From NCBI GenBank assembly GCA_963664225.1, contig OY760937.1, positions 2,304,001 to 2,368,000 on the forward strand: 64,000 nucleotides of DNA. The letters are read 5' to 3'. Shown here piece by piece: positions 55,950 through 64,000 of the stretch; positions within the stretch are counted from its first letter, which is position 1, and the number at the start of each line of letters is the position of its first letter. The DNA is from Verrucomicrobiia bacterium. GTDB lineage: Bacteria > Verrucomicrobiota > Verrucomicrobiia > Limisphaerales > UBA1319. A program made the translations under genes and the position numbers. The notes beneath the pieces are model-generated. The model saw nothing but the letters and a program-made list of their open reading frames with translations, was not told the DNA's origin and did not search any database.

Positions 55950-58900
55950 TTAGATGCGAGCCGATGGGACGATGGGAGGGGAGGGCCGGTCAAGGCAGTC
56001 ACGAACGACCTTGAGAAGGCGGGATGGAGCGTAGGGTTTGGGCAGGAAATTAACCCCATCGGCCAGTTTGAAATCGCCTTCGACGGCTTCAACGCTGTAA
56101 CCGCTTGAGTAGAGCACCTTAAGGGATGGTTTGTCGGCCTGGCAATGCAGGGCCAGCTCGCGACCGTTCATGCCCTCCGGCATGACCATGTCCGTAAGCA
56201 GCAGGTGGATGTGGTCCTTGTTTTCCCCCCAGACTCCAAGAGCCTGAACGCCGCTCCCGGCCTCCAGGATCCTGTAACCGGCTTGCTTGAGGCAGCGGGT
56301 GGTCAGCACGCGCACCGTGGATTCGTCCTCGACGACGAGCACGGTTTCATGGCCGCCGTTGGGGGCGACAGCGACCGCCTGTTTGATGTCGCCGGAGGCC
56401 GATTCGTCGAGGGCGGGCAGGAACACTTTAAAGCTGGTGCCTTTGTTGACCACGCTCGAAACCTCGATCCAGCCCTGGTGCTGTTTGACAATGCCGTAAA
56501 TGGTGGCCAGGCCCAGACCGGTGCCTTTGCCCAATTCCTTGGTGGTGAAAAACGGCTCGAACAACCGGCTCAAAATGGTCCGGTCCATGCCGCAACCCTC
56601 GTCCGAGACGGACAGACAGACAAAGCGGCCAGGATAGCCATCCGGATGCCTCTGAATCTGTGCCCCATCCACAATGACCAGCTCGGTTTTCAAGGTGAGC
56701 CTGCCCCCCTTGGGCATGGCATCGCGGGCATTGACGGCGAGATTGATGACGACCTGGTCGATCATGCCCGCATCGGCCTTGATGGCCGGCAAACCGAAGC
56801 CGTAATTGAACTCGATGGCGATCTGCTCTCCAAGAAGACGATTGAGCATCCGGGCCAGATTCATGACCGCATCGTTGACATCCATTTGCTTGATCTGGAG
56901 CAATTGGCGGCGGCTGAAGGCCAGCAACTGCCGGGTGAGATTGGCGGCACGGTCGGCTGCGGCGTTGATCTCGCCCATGGCTTCGAGCACATCCGCGCTG
57001 GCGGTTTTCTCGGCCAGTTGCAATGTGGCGTTACCTTTGATGACGGTGAGAATGTTGTTGAAATCATGAGCCACGCCTCCGGCGAGCTGGCCCACCGCCT
57101 CCATTTTCTGGGCCTGCCGGAGCTGCTCCTCGAGTTGTTTGCGGCTGGAAATGTCGCGCACGGCGGCAATGATCCGAACCTGGCCATCGAACTCGCAGCG
57201 CTGAAGGCTCACCTCGGTCCAAAAATGCCGTTGAGCCTTGTCCCTGGCCAGCCATTCGAAATTTTGAGGGCCTTCTTTCAAAGCCTTGCGCAGATGGGCC
57301 TTGGCGGCATCGGCCGTGAATGGGGGCAGCGAAACCACCAGGGATTCCAAACCCAGCTCCCGCGCCTCCTTTAATGTGTAACCGTATAATTTGGCAAACC
57401 GGTGATTGACGTCCAGGATCTCCATTCCATCCGGGCCTTGATGAATCAGCAAGGCGTCGTTGGAGGTGTCGAAGATGGCGCGGTATTTTGTTTCCGAAGT
57501 CCGCAGCGCCTCCTCCACGCGCTTGCGTTCGGTGATGTCCTCCCAGGTCACGAGCACGCCTGTGGTGGCGCCCATGGCGTCCTGCAAGGGAATACGATCC
57601 GTGTCCACCCACATCAATTGCCCCTGGCTGTTGCGCACGGTGTCGATACTGTGGAAGAGGGGCGTGCCGGAGTTCATGACGCGGCGATCGGCGGCGATGG
57701 CGGCCTCGGCCTCCTGGTTGGTCTTGAACAGGTCGTAATCCGTCCTGCCCACCAGATCCCTGGGATCGTTAAATCCCGCAGTCTCGGCCTGGCGCCTATT
57801 GCAGCCGACGATGACGGAATTGCGGTCCTTCCAGAGAACCGCCTGGGGAATGTTGTCGATGATGACCCGCAACATGCGCTCGGACTCGCGCAGCGCGAGT
57901 TCGGATTTTTTTCGTTCGGTGATATCGCGGAAGAAGAGCGTGACCTGGCGCTCACCGGTGCGCACGCCGACCAATTCGTAGCTGCCGGAGATGGTCCCAT
58001 TGCGAAAGTCGAAGACCTCCGTTTCAAACAATTTGCCCGAATTCAACGTGGCGCGCAGGGCTTCGTTGACGGAAGTGTTGGCCAGAGGCGGAAAGGTTTC
58101 GTCCAGAGATTTGCCAATCAGCGGCTCATGATCGCGGCCCTGGATGCGATCGGCCGCGCGATTGGCTCCCTTGAACACGAAGGAATCGTCCTTTGCGAGT
58201 TCGAATTGGTAGGCGCCGAAAGGGGCGGCGTCGATGATCGCCCGCAAGGCCTTTTCGGAATGCGCCAGGGCGTCCTGCGATTTGCGCCGCTCGGTCACAT
58301 CGCGCGCGACGCCCAGAATGCCGGAGGGTTTGCCGGACGAATAGGTGACGCGGGTGTTGATGTCGAGATGGAGCACGCGGCCTGATTTGTCGAAAATATC
58401 CAACTCGAAGGGCGGCACCGTTTCCCCCGAAAAATGCCGTTTCATCACTCCTTTGACCAGGGCCTGATGCTCGGGAACGACGACTTGAAAAACATTGAGC
58501 TGCCGGGCCTCCTGGTCGGTATAGCCGGTGATTTTCTCAGCGGCCTTGTTGATGGAGGTGAAGCGCCCCTCCAAATCGTGCCGGTAAAGCAGGTCGTTGA
58601 CGTTCTCGTAAAGATCCCGATACCCCTCTTCCAGGACGGTCTCGCGTTCGATTTGCTCGCGCAGCAGCACGGTCTGGCGGCGGACCTGGCGGCGCAGGGC
58701 CCAAACCCAGATCATGACCAGCGCTGACAACAGCAGAACCGCCCCCAGGATCGCCAGAACCATCCCGGTGGTCAGCCACGGCATGCGGTCCAGCACGACA
58801 ATGTCGCGAGGACTGCTGACCAGAAGCTCAAAGAAGCGCGGGGTGCGATATTGATCGACCTTCACGGAACAAACGCCGGTGACATCCAGCAGGTTCCCAG

Positions 58901-60098
58901 CGCTGTATTGGGACAAATCAGCCTTTGAAATCGCCGTGTCCAGGACCGCTGAAAAAATCACATTATCCTGGCGCAGCAGAAACTGGGTCCGCTGCGAGCC
59001 GACGATGCAATTTAGAACGCGACCGGATATTCTCACTAACATGCCGTCATAACGGCCGGTCATGGCCTCCTTCGAGCTGACGATGCGAGGCTCCAACGGA
59101 AGCATGTTTGTGTTTACCGCAAAGCGCACGACCGCTTCATCCAACATGGCGCCAAAGGCGCCGCGGGTTGGAAAGGCCAACACCTCCACTGGAGAGCCGT
59201 TGGTCAAAGCCACGACATCACGCGCCTGGACTAATATTCCCCCCGTTGAGTCCTGAAGATAAAACTGATTGGTATTGTTTTGACGGGTGACCTGGCCAAG
59301 AATGGAAAGGCGGCGAACCGGTTCGTTCCGGATATCAAATTGATGAATGGCGGCGATGGTTTTGCGGGGGCCGTTCAAGGTGTTCAAATTGGAACCTTCG
59401 AGGACCTTTATGTGCGAAGGGTCGGACACCCAAAGCTGGCAGCCTGTATTGACTCCCAGGCCATTGACCTCAAGACCTGAAACACCGGAAAGTTCAAGAC
59501 GACAGTCAATCCACTTCTCCAATTGCTCCAAGGTGATGGTGCCATCTGGAATCAGCGCGCGAAAACGGTTGTTCGATGGTCCTTGCAGTTCGAGGACGAA
59601 ATGCCCCAACCGGTCGCCCGCAGAATAAAGGTATCCACTGACGGCTATATACTGGCTGTCGTATTTTCCGCCGGCAAACTCCTCGAATTTGGGATGTGGT
59701 GGAATGGGCCATGGGGTTCTATCCGCGAGCACCTTGAAACTGGAATTGACGAGGTAGCCCTGTGGCGCCAGTTCAGCCCGGACTTCAACCCGGTTGCCAG
59801 TGGCAATCTCCGGCAATTCCCTCAATTCCACATAAATGCCACCGGTCGAGTCCTGGATCATCAGCATCGGCCACAACGGACTATAGTAGGTAACTATCGC
59901 ATCGAGATGGACGAGCCTTTGGTTTGTGACTTCGACAGAGGCCAGTTTCCGAATCTGGGCCACATTGGTCAGAACGAGCCCCGCATTACCGGATGTCTGT
60001 CCGCAAAGCAGGCTGGCGGGCAAAAAACACAAAAGCGCGACAAGAAGGATTCCCAACATGCGTCCGCCGCGCCACGCGTTATGAGAGATCTGCGCCAT
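55950..60098 (-). CDS. Hybrid PAS-domain sensor histidine kinase/response regulator
   Basis: Repeated periplasmic modules (QDSTGGI), TM, four PAS-like domains, AQKMEAVGQLAGGVAHDFNN, FEPFFTTK, C-terminal receiver; TGATG overlap with the upstream gene. Confidence 0.92.
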   Translation of the reverse strand: MAQISHNAWRGGRMLGILLVALLCFLPASLLCGQTSGNAGLVLTNVAQIRKLASVEVTNQRLVHLDAIVTYYSPLWPMLMIQDSTGGIYVELRELPEIATGNRVEVRAELAPQGYLVNSSFKVLADRTPWPIPPHPKFEEFAGGKYDSQYIAVSGYLYSAGDRLGHFVLELQGPSNNRFRALIPDGTITLEQLEKWIDCRLELSGVSGLEVNGLGVNTGCQLWVSDPSHIKVLEGSNLNTLNGPRKTIAAIHQFDIRNEPVRRLSILGQVTRQNNTNQFYLQDSTGGILVQARDVVALTNGSPVEVLAFPTRGAFGAMLDEAVVRFAVNTNMLPLEPRIVSSKEAMTGRYDGMLVRISGRVLNCIVGSQRTQFLLRQDNVIFSAVLDTAISKADLSQYSAGNLLDVTGVCSVKVDQYRTPRFFELLVSSPRDIVVLDRMPWLTTGMVLAILGAVLLLSALVMIWVWALRRQVRRQTVLLREQIERETVLEEGYRDLYENVNDLLYRHDLEGRFTSINKAAEKITGYTDQEARQLNVFQVVVPEHQALVKGVMKRHFSGETVPPFELDIFDKSGRVLHLDINTRVTYSSGKPSGILGVARDVTERRKSQDALAHSEKALRAIIDAAPFGAYQFELAKDDSFVFKGANRAADRIQGRDHEPLIGKSLDETFPPLANTSVNEALRATLNSGKLFETEVFDFRNGTISGSYELVGVRTGERQVTLFFRDITERKKSELALRESERMLRVIIDNIPQAVLWKDRNSVIVGCNRRQAETAGFNDPRDLVGRTDYDLFKTNQEAEAAIAADRRVMNSGTPLFHSIDTVRNSQGQLMWVDTDRIPLQDAMGATTGVLVTWEDITERKRVEEALRTSETKYRAIFDTSNDALLIHQGPDGMEILDVNHRFAKLYGYTLKEARELGLESLVVSLPPFTADAAKAHLRKALKEGPQNFEWLARDKAQRHFWTEVSLQRCEFDGQVRIIAAVRDISSRKQLEEQLRQAQKMEAVGQLAGGVAHDFNNILTVIKGNATLQLAEKTASADVLEAMGEINAAADRAANLTRQLLAFSRRQLLQIKQMDVNDAVMNLARMLNRLLGEQIAIEFNYGFGLPAIKADAGMIDQVVINLAVNARDAMPKGGRLTLKTELVIVDGAQIQRHPDGYPGRFVCLSVSDEGCGMDRTILSRLFEPFFTTKELGKGTGLGLATIYGIVKQHQGWIEVSSVVNKGTSFKVFLPALDESASGDIKQAVAVAPNGGHETVLVVEDESTVRVLTTRCLKQAGYRILEAGSGVQALGVWGENKDHIHLLLTDMVMPEGMNGRELALHCQADKPSLKVLYSSGYSVEAVEGDFKLADGVNFLPKPYAPSRLLKVVRDCLDRPSPPIVPSARI

Positions 60099-60802
60099 CA
60101 GGGCAATTGGCGAATCTTGATGTTGCGGAACCACACCTCATGGCCGTGGTCCTGAAGAAGAATATGACCGGCACGCTTGCGGCCAAAGAACGAGGTCGTC
60201 TTGAATTTGCTCTTTTCGATCGCGGCCAAGAGTTCAGGGCTGCCCAGGTCATAGGCGAGGACCTGGACGCCGTTGAGCCAATGCCCGACATGGACGCCTT
60301 CCACGCGAATGCGGGTTTCGTTGAATCCGCCCACGGGCTTGAGATGGACGTTGGTGGCTCCCAGCACATCATAAAGACTGGCGGTGCAGCGTTTGGGCCC
60401 CAGTTTGGCCTCCGCGTTGTTCACGTCGTCCAAAATCTGATATTCCGGCCCGATGGCGCCATCCTTCTCCTGAATCAGGTATTTGATGCCGCTGTTGCAA
60501 TTGGTGCTGGCGCGCCATTCGCAGGAAAACTCAAAGTTATCGTACTGTTTGACGGTAATAATATCCTCGCTGCGACTTTTCGGCAGGACATGCAGACAAT
60601 CGTCCTCCACCGCCCAGCTTCTCGCTGGAAAATTCGTTTTGCCCAGGGAATGCCAGCCCTCAGGAGTTTTTCCGTCGAAGAGCGACTGCCATCCGGCTGA
60701 ATCCGCCGCATGGATGGACATGACCAAACCAGCGCATCCGGCAATCATCAGAACGCGACGGGAAAGCGATTGCCATCCCAAAAACAATCTCAGGTGCTTC
60801 AT
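60098..60802 (-). CDS. DUF1080 (3-keto-disaccharide hydrolase-like) protein
   Basis: LFDGK...NSGIKY...PEYQILDD...LQDHG..VWFRNIKI. Confidence 0.88.
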   Translation of the reverse strand: MKHLRLFLGWQSLSRRVLMIAGCAGLVMSIHAADSAGWQSLFDGKTPEGWHSLGKTNFPARSWAVEDDCLHVLPKSRSEDIITVKQYDNFEFSCEWRASTNCNSGIKYLIQEKDGAIGPEYQILDDVNNAEAKLGPKRCTASLYDVLGATNVHLKPVGGFNETRIRVEGVHVGHWLNGVQVLAYDLGSPELLAAIEKSKFKTTSFFGRKRAGHILLQDHGHEVWFRNIKIRQLP

Positions 60803-61122
60803 TGGATTTGAATTAAGCGTTTTTTATACCACCTCATTTTCCACGAAGCAAGCATACCCTCTCCACTTCAACAGTTTGAATGCGCTTTCCGAATGTCCGC
60901 AATTTTATCGTTATAACTCCTTAATATCTGAACCTGCCGACAAAAACCTCATTTTCAGTCGCAAACGATTTTCCATCGATCACGCCGACGATGCCGATGG
61001 CGGCGTGGCGCATGGCCCCCTCGAAAGCGCATTGTGCGCGTGGCTGAGGCGCTCCGGGTTTTGACCGGAGCAGATTCACCCGCAGGTGGGTGTGCGCCTC
61101 CGGTCCGAAAAAACGACAAACC

Positions 61123-62322
61123 ATGAAAACTTCCATTCCAACGTGCGCGACGCGTGGACTACGCGCGGACCGCCTGGTCTCCGCCGCCAATCGGTGGCGC
61201 GAGCAATACAATCCCCTGCGTCATTTGACGCTCGATCGGGCCGTGGCCCTGCTGGAGGCTTATCAGCGGGGGGACATGGCCGATGTGCAATGGACCTTTT
61301 ACTGCGTGGAACAGGCCGATCCGGAACTTTGCGCGCTGGTGGAGCGGCGGTCCAGCGCGTTGCTGGCCCTGGACTGGACGATCAAGACCTGCGGGGGCGC
61401 GGATTCCACGCTGGCCCGGGAACAGGTGGCCGCCCTGCGCGAGGCCTACGAAGGGATCGATAATTTTTACGAGGCGATGGATCACCTGGCGCTGGCTGCG
61501 TTCCGGGGCTTCGCCCATCTGGCAAAGAACGGCGACGCGCACGGTGGCATCCGTCACCTCGAAATTCTGGATCAATGGAATGTGGCGCGGGAGGGACTGC
61601 GCGGTCCCTGGAGATACAATCCCGAGGCGCGCCCCGCTCCGTATCGGGCGCTGGACGCGCGGAACACCCTGGACCCGCGCCAGTGGATCATCCGCGAGGT
61701 GAAGCGACCGATCAACCGGATCGGGCTCATCAAATACGCGCGGGCCAATGTGGCGGAAAAGGATTGGGCGGCGTTTGTCGAGATTTACGGTCTGCCGGGC
61801 GCGGTGATCATCGGCCCACCCAACGTGGCCCCGGAGGATGCCCCGCACTACGAAACGCAGGCCGCGCTCGTGGCCGAAGGCGGCAGCGGGTATCTGCCCA
61901 ATGGCGCAGGTGTCCAATTCTTCAGCGGACCGCGGATCACACAGCCCTACCGGGATTACCTGCGCTATTTGTCCGAGCAATTGGTGCTGGCCGGAACGGG
62001 TGGCATTCTCACGATGCTGACGGCCAGCGGCACGGGCACGCTGGCGGGGTCGGTTCACGCCGAGACCTTCCACCAGATCGCCCGCGCCGAGGCCCGCGTC
62101 ATCAGCGAAATCTTTCAAGACCAGTTCGACCGGTATTTGCTCGATGCCGCGTTTCCCGGGCGTCCGCACCTGGCCTATTTCGACCTGGACCCCGGCGAAG
62201 AGAAAAACCAGGAGGCGGTCATCGACCAGGCCGTCAAACTGGCCCAGGCGGGTTACCGCATCGATCCGAACGAATTGAGCGAGAGAACCGGTTTCCGGCT
62301 TTCCGAAAAACAAACCCACTGA
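61123..62322 (+). CDS. Mu gp29-like phage portal protein (DUF935)
   Basis: RSSALLALDW.I, DWAAFVEIYGLP..I, GGILT...GTLAGSVHAE match DUF935 portal motifs. Confidence 0.8.
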   Translation: MKTSIPTCATRGLRADRLVSAANRWREQYNPLRHLTLDRAVALLEAYQRGDMADVQWTFYCVEQADPELCALVERRSSALLALDWTIKTCGGADSTLAREQVAALREAYEGIDNFYEAMDHLALAAFRGFAHLAKNGDAHGGIRHLEILDQWNVAREGLRGPWRYNPEARPAPYRALDARNTLDPRQWIIREVKRPINRIGLIKYARANVAEKDWAAFVEIYGLPGAVIIGPPNVAPEDAPHYETQAALVAEGGSGYLPNGAGVQFFSGPRITQPYRDYLRYLSEQLVLAGTGGILTMLTASGTGTLAGSVHAETFHQIARAEARVISEIFQDQFDRYLLDAAFPGRPHLAYFDLDPGEEKNQEAVIDQAVKLAQAGYRIDPNELSERTGFRLSEKQTH

Positions 62323-62329
62323 CTCCAAA

Positions 62330-63382
62330 ATGCAAAACACTCCCATGAACAATCTCATTGAAAAAGATGTTTTTGAATTGCCCGCCGACGGCTGGTTTCA
62401 CCTGGCCCCGAGCGGCGAACATATTCACCCCGCGACGGGTGTGACCCAAGTGATCGATGACGCGGCGCTGCAAGCGATCTGCGCACAATTCGAAGCCGCT
62501 TCATCGTTGCCGGGATTCAGCGGCGCGCTGATCGATTACGATCATTTCAGCTATGACCCGCGGCGTCCCAGCGAGGCGGCGGGCTGGATCGTCGCCCTGA
62601 AAGCGGAAACCGGACCGACGCCGCAGCCGGGTCTGTGGGCCAGAATCCGCTGGACGCCCGAGGGCCGGAGCGCCGTTGAAGCCGGGCGCTACCGTTTTCT
62701 CTCGCCGGTCTGGCTGGCGGGGGATTGCGAGACGCTGGATGCGGCGGGGCGCAAACGCCTGCGACCGCTGCGGCTGGATTCGGCCGGGCTGACCAACAAC
62801 CCGAATCTCAAAGACCTTGCGCCGCTCTCCAATCGGAATTCGCCATTCGAGAATCAATTTCACTCCAACATCACCCTTAACAATCAAGACAAGGACTCCA
62901 TGAAAAACATGCAAAACATACATCAGGCATTGGGCTTAAGCCCCGAGGCCGCCGAGGAACAGGCGGTGACGGAAATCGTTCAACTCAAAAACCGCGCCAC
63001 TGCGGCAGAGTCGCGGATTCGCGCGCTGACGGAGGAAAACCAGGCGCTGGCCGCGTTGCGGGCGGACGCCGATCTGGAGCGTTTCCAGAACCGGTTCTCG
63101 CCTGCGGCCCGTGACAAATGGCGCGCGGCGCTTCTGGCCAACCGGCAGGCCACGCTCGAATTGCTCGAGTCGCTGCCGGTTCCCGCCAGCCTCCCAAACA
63201 CACAGGCCCCGCAACACCTGCGCGCGGCCACAAAGACACCCGACAGCCGCCCGCTGGCCAACCGCGCCGCCGAGCAGCGCCAGGCGGTGCTCGAATACAA
63301 GTCGCGGCATCAATGCGGCTGGCAACAGGCCTGGGACGCGCTGCGTTCCCAGACACCCGAACTGTTCAACGGACAACCCTGA
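62330..63382 (+). CDS. Mu-like prohead protease with C-terminal scaffold region
   Basis: LIDYDH, AAGWI, WT..G...V..GRYRFLSPV, GLTNNPNL (Mu gpI family). Confidence 0.88.
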   Translation: MQNTPMNNLIEKDVFELPADGWFHLAPSGEHIHPATGVTQVIDDAALQAICAQFEAASSLPGFSGALIDYDHFSYDPRRPSEAAGWIVALKAETGPTPQPGLWARIRWTPEGRSAVEAGRYRFLSPVWLAGDCETLDAAGRKRLRPLRLDSAGLTNNPNLKDLAPLSNRNSPFENQFHSNITLNNQDKDSMKNMQNIHQALGLSPEAAEEQAVTEIVQLKNRATAAESRIRALTEENQALAALRADADLERFQNRFSPAARDKWRAALLANRQATLELLESLPVPASLPNTQAPQHLRAATKTPDSRPLANRAAEQRQAVLEYKSRHQCGWQQAWDALRSQTPELFNGQP

Positions 63383-63441
63383 AGTGTCCGCCATTCACAC
63401 GTTTCACAACCCACAACAAAATCAACACCACACAATAAATC

Positions 63442-63840
63442 ATGAATTCCATTGCCCGTGAAAATGCCGTCGTCTCTCTCACTCCCACCGCCGATCACAC
63501 CGGCAAGGAGGGGTATCTCGTCGATGTGGATGCCGCCGAAAAGGCGGCGCTCATCGATGCCACCACCGACCTGCCCTTCGGGATCATCCTCGAAGGCGCA
63601 ACGACCGCCAGCAAGAGCGCCATCGCCGTGGCCGCCGGCGGGTTCAAGGGAACGGTGCGCGTGAAATTGGGCGCAGCCCCGGGAACCGTGAGGGCGGGCG
63701 TCCTTCTGCAAACCAACAACGACGGCACGGTGCGCGCGGATGCCGGAAGCGGCTCGCGCGTGCTGACGGCCCAGGCGCTCGAATCGGGGGCGGCGGGTGA
63801 ACTCATCGAAGCCGTCCTGTTCAAACCAATCAGCCTCTAA
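63442..63840 (+). CDS. Capsid cement/decoration protein (DUF2190-like)
   Basis: Small Ala/Gly-rich beta protein ending ALESGAAGELIE, located between protease and capsid genes. Confidence 0.65.
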   Translation: MNSIARENAVVSLTPTADHTGKEGYLVDVDAAEKAALIDATTDLPFGIILEGATTASKSAIAVAAGGFKGTVRVKLGAAPGTVRAGVLLQTNNDGTVRADAGSGSRVLTAQALESGAAGELIEAVLFKPISL

Positions 63841-63918
63841 AAAACTGGCAACAACTGGCGCGGGGAATTTTTCACCGCGCAAACCAACCATCACTTAAAC
63901 AAAACACTAATCACATTT

Positions 63919-64000
63919 ATGGGAGCAAAAACCACAGCCGCTTATAATCCGACACTGACCAATTACGCCCAGGGCCTTTCGCAGGACCTGGCCAGCGCCA
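63919..64000 (+). CDS. Probable major capsid protein, N-terminus only (runs off the right edge)
   Basis: MGAKTTAAYNPTLTNYAQGLSQDLASA; position after the cement gene and a PxLT motif seen at capsid N-termini. Confidence 0.5.
   Translation, partial: MGAKTTAAYNPTLTNYAQGLSQDLASA

Noticed and set aside
60960..61064. Possible terminase C-terminal remnant (DHADDAD) upstream of the portal
   Set aside because: Too short and not convincingly similar; no start or Walker motifs.

Overview
GC-rich bacterial chromosomal segment. The gene repertoire (DUF1080 pair, PQQ-like propellers, OB-fold periplasmic hybrid kinase, C-terminal 'FYR[LV]' exported proteins, GTAG-type REPs) suggests Verrucomicrobiota, probably subdivision 3; this is an inference. 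Core blocks: partial kaiC; thioesterase-surA-pdxA; bamD-lptE-lgt-rluD; degQ with a CusR/CopR-like two-component system; rpsO-pnp; gap; gyrB-gyrA; a stand-alone atpG-atpD-atpC unit. Accessory and mobile DNA: (i) a group II intron with an atypical 5' end inserted in a TAACC-motif repeat; (ii) an IS110 element inserted in a REP, whose bridge-RNA target and donor guides, CT core and junction promoter can be read directly from the sequence; (iii) two related non-coding elements with Mutator-like ends and 9-bp target duplications, one containing a nested IS1634; (iv) an NHL-repeat gene bracketed by a 147-bp duplication of the 5' end of an epimerase gene; (v) a large BspA-type LRR gene; (vi) at the right edge, a Mu-like head module (portal, protease/scaffold, cement, capsid) that starts next to a host gene with no terminase or other phage genes upstream. 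PNPase carries an approximately 270-aa charged repetitive tail. No rRNA, tRNA or CRISPR array was recognised. Start codons were chosen by eye and no database searches were run.
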